A model generated the notes under the pieces. The model saw only the letters and a program-made list of their open reading frames with translations. It searched no databases and was not told where the DNA came from. The translations under genes and the position numbers were made by a program. DNA of 64,000 nt from NCBI GenBank assembly GCA_963790475.1, contig CAWBOS010000013.1, forward strand, positions 1-64,000, written 5' to 3'. Of the stretch, positions 20,687-30,481 are shown piece by piece (within the stretch, counting starts at the first letter, position 1; each line of letters opens with the position of its first letter). The stretch comes from an uncultured delta proteobacterium. Its GTDB lineage: Bacteria > Desulfobacterota > RBG-13-43-22.

Positions 20687-21166
20687 TCACCGATTATCTC
20701 TTCTCATTGCCTCCCTCGAAGCTCTATCCACCAGAGTAAAAAGCCTGCCAATATCATCTTTTTGAGTCGATCTCCGATGTCCGGGCACCTTAACAAATTC
20801 AAATTCCAATGGATCGGTCATTCTATAAAATTCCTGATATAGCTCATAATTCTGGAGGCGTTTATTCTTCTTTGAACGATAATCATTTTGCTCAAACCAA
20901 GCACGTCTTCCCTGTAAACCCATTATGTTTTGAGAATCCGTGTACACAATCACCTTACCCGCCAAAGCTTGAATATCGTTTAGAGCCCATAATAAAGTCT
21001 GCAATTCCAGTTTAGTTGAAGAGGTATGCTCAAATCGCCTCACTTTCACACGCGCCCTCAACGAATCCAACGGAAGTCCGCGTTCGGACACGGCCAGGTA
21101 AGCCCCATATCCAATATTTGTCTGAACATTCACACTCCCATCTATAAAAAGGATCGGCTCAACCAT
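20687..21166 (-). CDS. Ribonuclease H-like protein
   Basis: FIDGS, ELQ, VYTDSQ, FVKVPGH and VDRASR. Confidence 0.82.
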   Translation of the reverse strand: MVEPILFIDGSVNVQTNIGYGAYLAVSERGLPLDSLRARVKVRRFEHTSSTKLELQTLLWALNDIQALAGKVIVYTDSQNIMGLQGRRAWFEQNDYRSKKNKRLQNYELYQEFYRMTDPLEFEFVKVPGHRRSTQKDDIGRLFTLVDRASREAMRRDNR

Positions 21167-21348
21167 AAAAATATTCCCTTATTTCACAAACGCATAAATT
21201 GAATTACACAATAAATATTAACATGTTATGACAGTGGTTATAAATTTTTTTGATTGATATTTTTTAACTTTTTATGTCCTGTTAAAGTCTAATCCAAAAA
21301 AACAGTTCGAGCCAGTTGCCTGTCCCAAACAGGCTGGGAGGAAAGATT

Positions 21349-21846
21349 ATGAAAAAGCTCATTAGTCTCTTAAGCATCCTTTTTGTTTTGGCCCTGTTCG
21401 TGCCGCCTAAACAGGCCGAGGCTTTTCGTGGGGGGGGATGGCTCCTTCCCGGATTGATTGTCGGGGGTGCCATAGGCTGGAGTTTGGCCCCACGATATTA
21501 CTACCCTCCGGCTTATTATTATCCACCTTCACCCTATTATTATCCCCCGCCGACCTATTATTACCCCCCGGCGGCACCCCCGGCCTATCATAATCCACCT
21601 CAGGGCGAAGTCAGTCAGACACAGCCTTCGGGAGGCAGGTTATTTATCTATCCCCGCCAGGGCCAGAGCCAAGAAAAACAGGACAGTGATCGTTACGAGT
21701 GCCACAGCTGGGCTGTCAGTCAGACAAGCTTCGATCCGACAAAACCACCCGTTGGCGCGCCTGATGCTCAGACCATCCAAAAGAGCGGGGATTATCTAAG
21801 GGCGATTAGTGCCTGCCTTGACGCCCGTGGGTACACGGTAAGATAG
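21349..21846 (+). CDS. Secreted Tyr/Pro-rich hypothetical protein
   Basis: Signal peptide, YYYPP repeats, C-terminal IYP.QGQS..Q..DRYECH.WA...ACLDARGYTV. Confidence 0.8.
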   Translation: MKKLISLLSILFVLALFVPPKQAEAFRGGGWLLPGLIVGGAIGWSLAPRYYYPPAYYYPPSPYYYPPPTYYYPPAAPPAYHNPPQGEVSQTQPSGGRLFIYPRQGQSQEKQDSDRYECHSWAVSQTSFDPTKPPVGAPDAQTIQKSGDYLRAISACLDARGYTVR

Positions 21847-22059
21847 CAATGATTGGCCATCCGGTGATGTTCTGATTAACAAAGCTTACTGGGCCCGGTG
21901 TTTGCTAATCACTATCACCGGGCCCAGCCGTTTAGTCCGACTAATATTAGGGTCAGATGAGGCGGGGCGGAGAATATCTCCATAGAGCCTAAGAGAATCA
22001 GGGCATCTTTGATTTATTTTGACGAAGACCCCGGAAAGGTTACACCCGTCGGTAAACGG

Positions 22060-22200
22060 AATCTCGCCGTGGGGGGGCTGAATCCCAAGAAGTCTCCAAA
22101 GGTCTGAATGGCGATGACCGTCCGGGGGACGGATTTGTTGCCGTTGAGGCCATGGTAAGAATAGATTTTCAGAGATTCCCGGATATGATGGTTTAAATCC
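22060..22200 (-). pseudogene. IS91-family (Y2) transposase fragment
   Basis: ESLKIY..SVP..VIAIQTFGDFLGF resembles the segment preceding the HUH motif; short and disrupted. Confidence 0.45.
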
Positions 22201-22438
22201 GCCTGGCCCTTCATGAGACCTTTGAAAAACGCCCCCTTTTGCCCAATCTCTTCGTCAGACTCAAATTTTAATCCTCGAAATACTAGATGTATTCCTGTGG
22301 ATAAAATTTTCATCTTCCTTGACCTTGAACAAAATTGGACATTTTTCAGAGGTCTCTATTCGTGTCATCGGCGAGGCGGATAGACACCAAAAAAAATGAC
22401 GGGATAAAATATCCCCCCGCGGACATCGATCAAACCAA

Positions 22439-23614
22439 TTATTTCAATTGGTCGCGCGAGAAGCCGAGAATCAGGCGGCAAACCACGAGCATCTGAATCT
22501 GGCCGGTTCCCTCGAAAATATCATTGATCTTGACGTCGCGCATCCATTTTTCAGCCAGGATTTCTCTGGAATAGCCAAGGGGTCCGAGAAGCGCGACGCA
22601 CCTTTGGCAAATATGGCTGCAGACCTTGCCGGCCTTGGCCTTTCCCATGGAGGACTCCAGAGAGTTTCGCAGCGCCTTGTCGAGCATGGAAGCCGACTGC
22701 CAGACCAGAAGTCTGGCGGCCTCCAGGTTGGCCTCCATATCCAGAATTTCTTTCTGGACGGCGTTCAAAGAATGAATACCTCTATCGTAGGGGAAGGTGT
22801 AGCCCGCCTCCTCCAGCTTTTCCTTGGTAAACTCGATCGCCGCCCTGGCCACCCCGAGGGCCTGAGAGGCGACATAGGGCCGGGTGGCGTCGAAGGTGGC
22901 CAGAACGCCGGCCTGCCCGCCCCTGGCTTCCCTGATCTCCGGCGAACCGAGGATATTGTCGAAGGGGATGCGGCAGTCCTCAAAAACGATGGAGGCCGTA
23001 TCGGAGGCCCGGATGCCCAGCTTGTGTTCGAGCTTCGTCAGGGTACAGCCCGGCCTGTTTTTTTCCACGACAAAACTCTTGATGGCCGCCCGGCCCTTGT
23101 TCTTGTCCAGGGTCGCCCAGACGACAACCGCTTCACAGCGTTTTCCTGAAGTGACAAAGATCTTCTCGCCGTTTATGATCCACTCGTTCGTTGCCGGATC
23201 GAGTTTGGCCGTCGTCGACACCGCCGACGTATCCGAACCGAAACCGGGCTCCGTAATCGCCATGGCGCAAAAGAGGTTCCCGAAACGGGCTTTCTGTTCC
23301 GGCGTAGCCACAGCTCCTATAGCCGCATTGCCGAGACCGAAGCCGGCAATGGTTTGTGGTATCATGGGATCTCCCGTGCAACTCTCTTCACTCAGGACAA
23401 TCGTAGCCAGCATTCCACCGTCGCCCAGGCCGGGTTCGGCCAAAACAGCGCCGGAGGCTTGCGCATTTTCCCTGACCCGTTTGATTTCTTCCGGTTTTAG
23501 TTCCTCATGTTCGTGATCATCATAGTAACGGGCGATGCTTCTTAGATATTCCGCGGCTTTGTGTTCCAATCTTTTCGCTTTCAGCGTCTTGGGTGCCAAT
23601 GAAAAATCTATCAT
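22439..23614 (-). CDS. Acyl-CoA dehydrogenase
   Basis: AITEPGFGSD, INGEKIFVT, KLGIRASDT and IFEGT. Confidence 0.93.
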   Translation of the reverse strand: MIDFSLAPKTLKAKRLEHKAAEYLRSIARYYDDHEHEELKPEEIKRVRENAQASGAVLAEPGLGDGGMLATIVLSEESCTGDPMIPQTIAGFGLGNAAIGAVATPEQKARFGNLFCAMAITEPGFGSDTSAVSTTAKLDPATNEWIINGEKIFVTSGKRCEAVVVWATLDKNKGRAAIKSFVVEKNRPGCTLTKLEHKLGIRASDTASIVFEDCRIPFDNILGSPEIREARGGQAGVLATFDATRPYVASQALGVARAAIEFTKEKLEEAGYTFPYDRGIHSLNAVQKEILDMEANLEAARLLVWQSASMLDKALRNSLESSMGKAKAGKVCSHICQRCVALLGPLGYSREILAEKWMRDVKINDIFEGTGQIQMLVVCRLILGFSRDQLK

Positions 23615-24074
23615 TTTCTCCTCCCTTACCGAAGCCTGCAGGGCTTCATCTTATGCTTTTAAGTCCCTCGCCGGTCTCATAAATAAAAAAGGTGTAAGGT
23701 TTGCGGTATAAGGTATAAGGCAAAAGGGGTACAGTTTCCTTCGACCTTAAACCGTGTACCTTTCCTTCAGTTGATGGCCAAACCTTCCATCGTTTTGAAC
23801 CCGCGCCCCTTAGGGCATACAACTCCGCCGAATGACAGTTTCACATTTTATGAAATATCACATCGTTTGGCAAGGCCGTTTTTCGGCCTCATCCCCTTCC
23901 CTTTCAGATGAGGGGCAGTTGGGGTGAGGGAGGGAAGAATATTGACAGGGGGGTATCCGAACAGGTAAAGTATCTTTACTCCGGTTGGGTTGATTAAACC
24001 GAGGTCCTTACCGGAAAAGATATTTCTCGGGCCGCCGAAAAAGATTGGTCCGTTGTTTGATGAGGAGATTGGAA

Positions 24075-25088
24075 ATGATCATTGTCTTAAAACCGATGGC
24101 CACCAAACAGGACGCCGACGAGATCATCGCCCGGATCGAGAGCCTGGGTCTGAAGCCGCTCTATATGCCGGGAACGGAACGGACGGTTCTGGGGGCTATC
24201 GGCGATGAAAGGGTCCTGGCCGGTCTGCATCTGGAAAGCCATCCCTTGGTTGAACGCATCACCCCGATCCTGACCCCCTATAAGCTGGTAAGCCGCGATA
24301 TCCACCCGGAGAATACGGTGGTGCAAATCGGTGACGTTTCCATCGGCGGAAAGCCGTTTGTGGTCATAGCCGGCCCCTGTGCCGTTGAGAGCCACGAACA
24401 AATGATGGCCACTGCCCGGGCGGTCAAAGACGCCGGGGCGCACTGCCTGCGGGGCGGAGCCTTCAAACCGCGATCCAGCCCTTACAGCTTTCAAGGCCTG
24501 GGAGTCAAGGGCTTACGTATTCTTCAGGAGGCCGGAGAAAAGACCGGCCTTTCTACCACCACTGAGGTTGTCGAGGCCGGGGATGTTCACATAGTAGAAC
24601 GATTTGCCGATGCCTTCCAGGTCGGCGCCCGCAATATGCAGAATTTCCGGCTGCTGACCAAGCTGGGCCGCTGCCGTAAACCGGTGATCTTAAAACGCGG
24701 GATGGCTGCCACCGTCGAGGACCTGCTTCTAGCCGCGGAGTATATCGTCGCTGAAGGGAATCCCAATGTCATCCTGTGCGAACGGGGCATTCGCACTTTT
24801 GAAACCGCTACGCGTAATACCCTGGATTTGAATGCCATTCCTTTTCTTAAACAGAACAGCCACCTTCCGGTCATCGTCGATCCCTCCCATGGCACCGGGG
24901 TCCGGGACTTTGTGGCGCCCATGGCCAAGGCGGCGGCGGCCTGTGGTGCGGACGGCCTTTTGATCGAAGTTCATTGCAACCCCAAGGAAGCCCTTTCCGA
25001 CGGGCAGCAATCCCTCTATCCCGACCAGTTTAAACGTCTGATGAAAGAGTTGCGCCCCTTTGTAAAGGCCGCCGGGAGGGAGATCTAA
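24075..25088 (+). CDS. aroF: 3-deoxy-7-phosphoheptulonate (DAHP) synthase, class I-beta
   Basis: AGPCAVES, RGGAFKPRSSPYSFQG, QVGARNMQNF and DPSHGTG. Confidence 0.94.
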   Translation: MIIVLKPMATKQDADEIIARIESLGLKPLYMPGTERTVLGAIGDERVLAGLHLESHPLVERITPILTPYKLVSRDIHPENTVVQIGDVSIGGKPFVVIAGPCAVESHEQMMATARAVKDAGAHCLRGGAFKPRSSPYSFQGLGVKGLRILQEAGEKTGLSTTTEVVEAGDVHIVERFADAFQVGARNMQNFRLLTKLGRCRKPVILKRGMAATVEDLLLAAEYIVAEGNPNVILCERGIRTFETATRNTLDLNAIPFLKQNSHLPVIVDPSHGTGVRDFVAPMAKAAAACGADGLLIEVHCNPKEALSDGQQSLYPDQFKRLMKELRPFVKAAGREI

Positions 25089-25295
25089 TACGAAAAAAGT
25101 TAGAGTTCAGAGTTCTGAGAAAAACTATTAAGCGAATAATGGGAAATGGGGCTCTGGAGACCGGAAATAATGGATCCATGTGGTTTGACTTCCACGCCTT
25201 TCACTCCGCCCCGCGGTCCTTGACTCCTTGGCCCCTTGAACCCTTGGATTAATTTTCACGCTTCGCGCGCCCCAGAGGAGGGAAGAGGGCTTAAG

Positions 25296-26111
25296 ATGGA
25301 AACCCTGGACAAAAACGGCTTTTCGATTATCACCTTAAGCACGGATTTCGGGTTGGAAGATCCCTATTTGGGGATAATGAAAGGGGTTATTCTGGGAATC
25401 AATCCCAAAGTTCAACTGGTGGACCTGACCCAGGCCTTATCTCATCACCACCTCCTGGAAGCAGCCTTCATTCTGAATTCGGCCTTTCCCTATTTTCCCC
25501 CAGGCACCATCCATCTGGCAGTGGTGGACCCCGGTGTGGGAGGAGATCGGAGGCTCATGGTCATTCAGGATAAGGATGGCATCTGGGTCGGGCCTGATAA
25601 CGGTCTTTTTTCCCTGGTTCTAAAAAACCATCCCCAAGCCGGATTGTTTCACTTGGCCAATCAGGCTTATTATCTGGAAACGGTTTCCCATACTTTTCAC
25701 GGCCGGGACATTTTGGCCCCGGCAGCCGCCCACCTCAGTTTGGGCGTTCCCCCTTTGGAGATGGGGGAACCTCTATCGGATCCGGTGATGTTGGATATCC
25801 GGGACCCGGAGATTAAAAACGATCGCATAGTCGGTCAGGTCCTTTGGGCCGATCATTTCGGCAACCTGATTACCAATATCAGCGAAAAAATACTTCTTCC
25901 TTTCCGGTCCGGTCCGGGATTACGGATCTTCATAGGCACCCAGGAGATTTCGGGAATACAGCGAAGCTATTCCCAGAGCCTACCCGACCAGTTACTGGCC
26001 CTGATCGGCAGCAGCGGCTATCTGGAAATCGCCTGCAATCTGGACCGGGCGGCGGACAGGATCGGCTTCGAGGCCGGGGGGGATTTGAAAGTCGAAGTGC
26101 TGATCAACTGA
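25296..26111 (+). CDS. SAM hydrolase/halogenase family (DUF62) protein
   Basis: LSTDFG, VVDPGVG, GPDNG, TFHGRD and DHFGNLITN. Confidence 0.9.
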   Translation: METLDKNGFSIITLSTDFGLEDPYLGIMKGVILGINPKVQLVDLTQALSHHHLLEAAFILNSAFPYFPPGTIHLAVVDPGVGGDRRLMVIQDKDGIWVGPDNGLFSLVLKNHPQAGLFHLANQAYYLETVSHTFHGRDILAPAAAHLSLGVPPLEMGEPLSDPVMLDIRDPEIKNDRIVGQVLWADHFGNLITNISEKILLPFRSGPGLRIFIGTQEISGIQRSYSQSLPDQLLALIGSSGYLEIACNLDRAADRIGFEAGGDLKVEVLIN

Positions 26112-26325
26112 GATTTCAAGGGCAGGGAAAGTGTCTTGCAGATAACACTTTAACTTATCGTAACACTTAATTTTATGGGAAAACCTACTTGACAGGATCA
26201 ACAGGATTTACAGGTATCTTGCTCAGACTCCTGAAGACCCTGAGCAACCTCAACCCGCTTCGAACGTGAAATAATGCTATTGTCCGTAGGACGATTAGGT
26301 TTGTGCCTTTCCCTGCCTTCCATTA

Positions 26326-27837
26326 TTATTCATCTTCGCCCATTTCCCCCACAACTTCTCTTTTCTGCTTGACCCAGGGGAGCAGAGGCAGGATCAACAG
26401 GGTCAGGACCACCAGCATGATGACCAAAGAAATCGGTCGGGAAAAGAAAATTCCGGCGCTACCGTTGGACATGATCAGGGCCTGGCGCAGGGCGTTTTCC
26501 ATCATCGGTCCTAAAACCAGAGCCAGGACCAGAGGCGCAGCCTCGTAATTAAACTTTTTCATTAAATAGCCCACGATCCCGAAGACGATCATCAACCCGA
26601 TCTCTCCTGTATTATTATTCAGGCTGTAAACCCCGATCAGGCAGAAAAGGAGAATGAGCGGAAACAAAACCGGGTAAGGAATTTTTAGGATCTTGACCCA
26701 AAGACCGATTAAGGGGAGGTTTAAGACCAGAAGCATAATGTTACCGATATACATGCTGGTCACCACCCCCCAGAACAAATCAGGGTGTTGGCTGATGAGC
26801 ATCGGACCGGGCTGCATGCCGTAAATGATCAGTGCGCCCAGGAGCATGGCCGTGACCGCATTGGAAGGAATACCCAAAGTGAACAAAGGAATAAAGGCCC
26901 CGCCTGTTGCCGCGTTGTTGGCGGATTCCGGGCCTGCTACCCCCTCGATGACGCCGGTCCCGAATTTTTCCGGATAACGGGATATTTTTTTTTCAACCGC
27001 GTAAGAGACAAAAGAAGAAATGACCGCCCCCCCTCCGGGGAGGATGCCGAGAAAAAACCCGATCACCGAACCGCGAATAATCGGCCAGGCGCTGTCTTTC
27101 CAGTCCTTCAGGTTGGGCAAAAGTCCTTTTATCCTGGTCTTAAAGACATCCGTCTTGATTACGGACTCCACGTTCAACAGTACCTCGGAAATGCCGAAAA
27201 GCCCCATGACTGCCGGGACCAGCCCCACCCCATCATTTAAAAAATACAAACCAAAGGTAAAGCGGGGAGTGGCGGTCATAATGTCCATCCCGATCAGCCC
27301 CAGGAACAGGCCGAAAGCGGCCATGATCAAGGCCTTGGGCATGGAACCGCCGGCCAGAAAGGTGAGGATGATTAATCCCAGGAGCATCAAACAAAAATAT
27401 TCCGGTGGTCCGAATTTCAAGGCCCCCGCTGCTAAAGGAGGTGCCAGGAACATCAAGCCGATGATGGAGAGCGTACCGGCAATAAAAGATCCGAAGGCGG
27501 CAATGCCCAGGGCCGGTCCGGCCCGTCCTTTGCGGGCCATCTGATAGCCGTCCAGACAGGTGACGACGGAGGCCGCTTCACCCGGGATATTGACCAGGAT
27601 GGAGGTGGTGGATCCGCCGTACATGGCTCCGTAGTAAATTCCGGCCAGCATAATGACGGCCGAAACCGGTGAGACGTGAAAGGTGCTGGGCAGAAGCAGG
27701 GACATGGCGGCCACCGGGCCTAACCCGGGAAGCACCCCGACCAGAGTGCCGATCAGCACGCCGATAAAACAGAAAAAAAGATTCAGCGGCTGTAAGGCCA
27801 CCTGAAAACCCAGAAGAACATTGGCAAAAATATCCAT
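26326..27837 (-). CDS. tctA: Tripartite tricarboxylate transporter large permease TctA
   Basis: GVLPGLG, YYGAMYGGS..IL.NIPG and GPESANNA. Confidence 0.93.
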   Translation of the reverse strand: MDIFANVLLGFQVALQPLNLFFCFIGVLIGTLVGVLPGLGPVAAMSLLLPSTFHVSPVSAVIMLAGIYYGAMYGGSTTSILVNIPGEAASVVTCLDGYQMARKGRAGPALGIAAFGSFIAGTLSIIGLMFLAPPLAAGALKFGPPEYFCLMLLGLIILTFLAGGSMPKALIMAAFGLFLGLIGMDIMTATPRFTFGLYFLNDGVGLVPAVMGLFGISEVLLNVESVIKTDVFKTRIKGLLPNLKDWKDSAWPIIRGSVIGFFLGILPGGGAVISSFVSYAVEKKISRYPEKFGTGVIEGVAGPESANNAATGGAFIPLFTLGIPSNAVTAMLLGALIIYGMQPGPMLISQHPDLFWGVVTSMYIGNIMLLVLNLPLIGLWVKILKIPYPVLFPLILLFCLIGVYSLNNNTGEIGLMIVFGIVGYLMKKFNYEAAPLVLALVLGPMMENALRQALIMSNGSAGIFFSRPISLVIMLVVLTLLILPLLPWVKQKREVVGEMGEDE

Positions 27838-27839
27838 CT

Positions 27840-28295
27840 TCAGAACCCCAGAAACCCTTTCGGTAGTTGGGCCTGTAACCAGAGTTCGAAGATGACATAA
27901 GAGCCCCCGGCAGCCCCTGTTGCCCCGGCCAGGACTTTTATCCAGCTCATGGGCTCTATAACCCGCAAGAGAAAACCGATAAGCAGAAAGGTGTCTAAAA
28001 TAAATCCTAGAAAATTGAAAAGGAAGGTATAAAGGACCAGTGCCCCTAAGACCATCAAGACGGTCGGCCAATTTTTCTGTCGCCAGAGGTCCCTGATTTT
28101 TTCCTGGCCTGGTTTGAAAAGCTGCTGGGAAAAAACCACCAGGGCCAGTCCGGCAATGGCCAGTCCGGTAAGAAAAGGCAGAAATCCCGGGCCGGGTGAA
28201 GACAGGGTGCCCAGCCCGTACTTTCTGGAGTAGACGGCGATGGCCAGTCCGGCGGCCAACCAGAAGATGCTGGACCGTTGGTCGTTGTTTTTCAT
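27840..28295 (-). CDS. tctB: Tripartite tricarboxylate transporter small permease TctB
   Basis: PGPGFLP, 4 hydrophobic segments, C-terminal LPKG; lies between tctC and tctA. Confidence 0.88.
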   Translation of the reverse strand: MKNNDQRSSIFWLAAGLAIAVYSRKYGLGTLSSPGPGFLPFLTGLAIAGLALVVFSQQLFKPGQEKIRDLWRQKNWPTVLMVLGALVLYTFLFNFLGFILDTFLLIGFLLRVIEPMSWIKVLAGATGAAGGSYVIFELWLQAQLPKGFLGF

Positions 28296-28299
28296 GACC

Positions 28300-29274
28300 T
28301 TACTTTTTATAGCCGATACCCAGGCTTTTAATTAAATCGCCCGTTTCCTCATAATCCCTATGAATCAGTTTCGTCAAGGCCTCGCTCCCCAGGTAGGCCG
28401 GGGGCAGGTCGAACTTTTCCATGGAGTCCAGAAATACTTTTGATTTCATGGCCTCGGCAAAGGCATTCTGCAATTTTTCAACTACGGCGGGAGGCATTCC
28501 CGCCGGCCCCATAAGAGCCAATCCGGAATGGACTGAAAATTTAATCCCTTTCTCTATCAATGTGGGGACATTGGGAAAGGCCTTCATCCGTTGGTCGGTG
28601 CAGACCACCAGGAGTCGCAGTTTACCTGCCAGGACATGTTCTTTCCATTCAGGGGTCTGGGAAACGACCTGCACATGACCGCCCAACAGAGCGGCCACGG
28701 CCTGGGTCCCACCGGCAAAGGGCACGTGATCCCATTTGATGCCATATTTTTTGGCCAGGTATTCCATAACCAGATGCTGGCCCGATCCCAGGCCGGAAGT
28801 GGCGTATTTAATCTTATTGGGGTTCTTCTTGGCATAGTCCAGAAGCTCCTCCAGGGTTTTCCAGGGTGCATCGGTACTGACCACAATCCCGTATTGGTAA
28901 AGACCATATTGCATGATGAAGGTGAAATCTTTCAAAGGATCGTAGGGAACCGCCTGAAGGTGCGGGATTCGGCAAAAATTGGCGGTAGGTGCGTTGTAAA
29001 TCGTGTACCCGTCCGGTTTATCCCCTTTTACCCGGCCCAGGACCAGGGTCCCGGAGGCCCCCACCTGGTTGGTGCATACAATAGGCTGTTTTAAAATTTT
29101 CGCGGCCTCTGAGGCCAGAGTCCGGGTGGTCAGGTCAGTTGAACCGCCGGCCGCATAGCCGATAAGCAGGTTGATTGGTTTGGTGGGATAATCTGCTCCA
29201 AAGGTGACACTCGAGACGAAGAGACAAAGGATCAAGCACAGCGTTCCCCAAAGCACCCCTTTTTTCATGATCAT
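28300..29274 (-). CDS. tctC: Tripartite tricarboxylate transporter substrate-binding protein TctC/Bug
   Basis: Signal peptide, YPTKPI, AAGGSTD and HVPF.GG...ALLGGHV. Confidence 0.92.
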   Translation of the reverse strand: MIMKKGVLWGTLCLILCLFVSSVTFGADYPTKPINLLIGYAAGGSTDLTTRTLASEAAKILKQPIVCTNQVGASGTLVLGRVKGDKPDGYTIYNAPTANFCRIPHLQAVPYDPLKDFTFIMQYGLYQYGIVVSTDAPWKTLEELLDYAKKNPNKIKYATSGLGSGQHLVMEYLAKKYGIKWDHVPFAGGTQAVAALLGGHVQVVSQTPEWKEHVLAGKLRLLVVCTDQRMKAFPNVPTLIEKGIKFSVHSGLALMGPAGMPPAVVEKLQNAFAEAMKSKVFLDSMEKFDLPPAYLGSEALTKLIHRDYEETGDLIKSLGIGYKK

Positions 29275-29551
29275 TCTCCTTTTTTGTGGTCTGTATCAAA
29301 ATGATCTCTAACCGAAAATTTTAGTTTTACTAAAGTATAAAGAAAATTCTTTGTCAAGAAGTTATTTGGAAAGAAAAGTATGCTTGATAACAACACCTAA
29401 CCCCTGAAAAGGAACAGGGTAACCGGATCTTTCCAACCGGGACTCCGGAAACCAGGGATTGGTTGAGAAGGGTCAAAGAATGCTTTACATTTCATGGATT
29501 ATTTCTTAAGATAATACCTTTGAAAAATCTCAAGGGGACTGGAGAACTGTT

Positions 29552-29863
29552 ATGAAAAATTTAGGTAATATCATGAACCAGGCCAAGATGATGCAAAATC
29601 GCCTGGCTCAGATCCAGGAAGAGATGGGCAGCAAAACCGTAGAGGCCTCATCCGGAGGAGGGATGGTGACGGTAACCGTCAATGGCCGTCAGGAGGTCCT
29701 CTCGATCAAGATAGAACCCGAGGTGGTCAATCCGGAAGATGTCGAGATGCTCCAGGATCTGATCCAGGCCGCAGCGAATGACGCCCTGCGAAAGGCCCAG
29801 GAACTCGTTTCCCAGGAAATGGCTAAAGTGACGGGTGGGTTGAAAATTCCGGGGCTTTTTTAA
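29552..29863 (+). CDS. ybaB: YbaB/EbfC nucleoid-associated protein
   Basis: SGGGMVTV, DVEMLQDLI.AA.N; upstream of recR. Confidence 0.94.
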   Translation: MKNLGNIMNQAKMMQNRLAQIQEEMGSKTVEASSGGGMVTVTVNGRQEVLSIKIEPEVVNPEDVEMLQDLIQAAANDALRKAQELVSQEMAKVTGGLKIPGLF

Positions 29864-29865
29864 CC

Positions 29866-30477
29866 ATGGGGCCGTCGATATACCCTCCCCCGTTAGCCCG
29901 GTTGATCACCTCTCTTTCCCGCTTGCCGGGGTTAGGGGAAAAAACAGCGACCCGGCTGGCCTTGCATATCCTTCGACGCCCCCAGGCGGAAGTGGCTGAA
30001 TTGGCCCGCACCCTGACCGACGTCAAAGAAAAAATACGTTCCTGCTCCATTTGTTTTAATTTAACGGAAGATGATCCTTGCCCGTTGTGTCAGAATCATG
30101 GGCGGGAATCGGGTATCTTATGCGTGGTGGAAGGCCCGGGAGACTTGCTGGCCCTGGAAAAGGCCGGAGGTATCAAAGGAAAATATCATGTCCTTCAAGG
30201 GACCTTATCCCCTATCGATGGGGTCGGCCCGAAAGATCTGCGGATCCGTGAGCTTATGGAAAGACTCGACCGGGAAAATATTTCCGAGATCGTTCTGGCT
30301 ATCAACCCCACCACCGAGGGAGAAGCCACCATCTCCTTCTTAACCGAACAGATCAAGGCCAGAAAACCGGGACTCCTCTTGACCCGGATTGCCTACGGGA
30401 TTCCCATGGGAGGAGACCTCAAATACATGGACAATTGGACCATAAAAATGGCTTTAGACAGCAGGAGGGACGCGTAA
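29866..30477 (+). CDS. recR: Recombination protein RecR
   Basis: LPGLG.KTA.RLA, C4 zinc finger, TOPRIM (VVE, EGEAT, RIAYGIP.G). Confidence 0.95.
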   Translation: MGPSIYPPPLARLITSLSRLPGLGEKTATRLALHILRRPQAEVAELARTLTDVKEKIRSCSICFNLTEDDPCPLCQNHGRESGILCVVEGPGDLLALEKAGGIKGKYHVLQGTLSPIDGVGPKDLRIRELMERLDRENISEIVLAINPTTEGEATISFLTEQIKARKPGLLLTRIAYGIPMGGDLKYMDNWTIKMALDSRRDA

Positions 30478-30481
30478 TCGT

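Noticed and set aside
25296-26111. Fluorinase/chlorinase in a biosynthetic cluster
   Set aside because: Housekeeping context and the DUF62-type TFHGRD motif point to the common SAM hydrolase.
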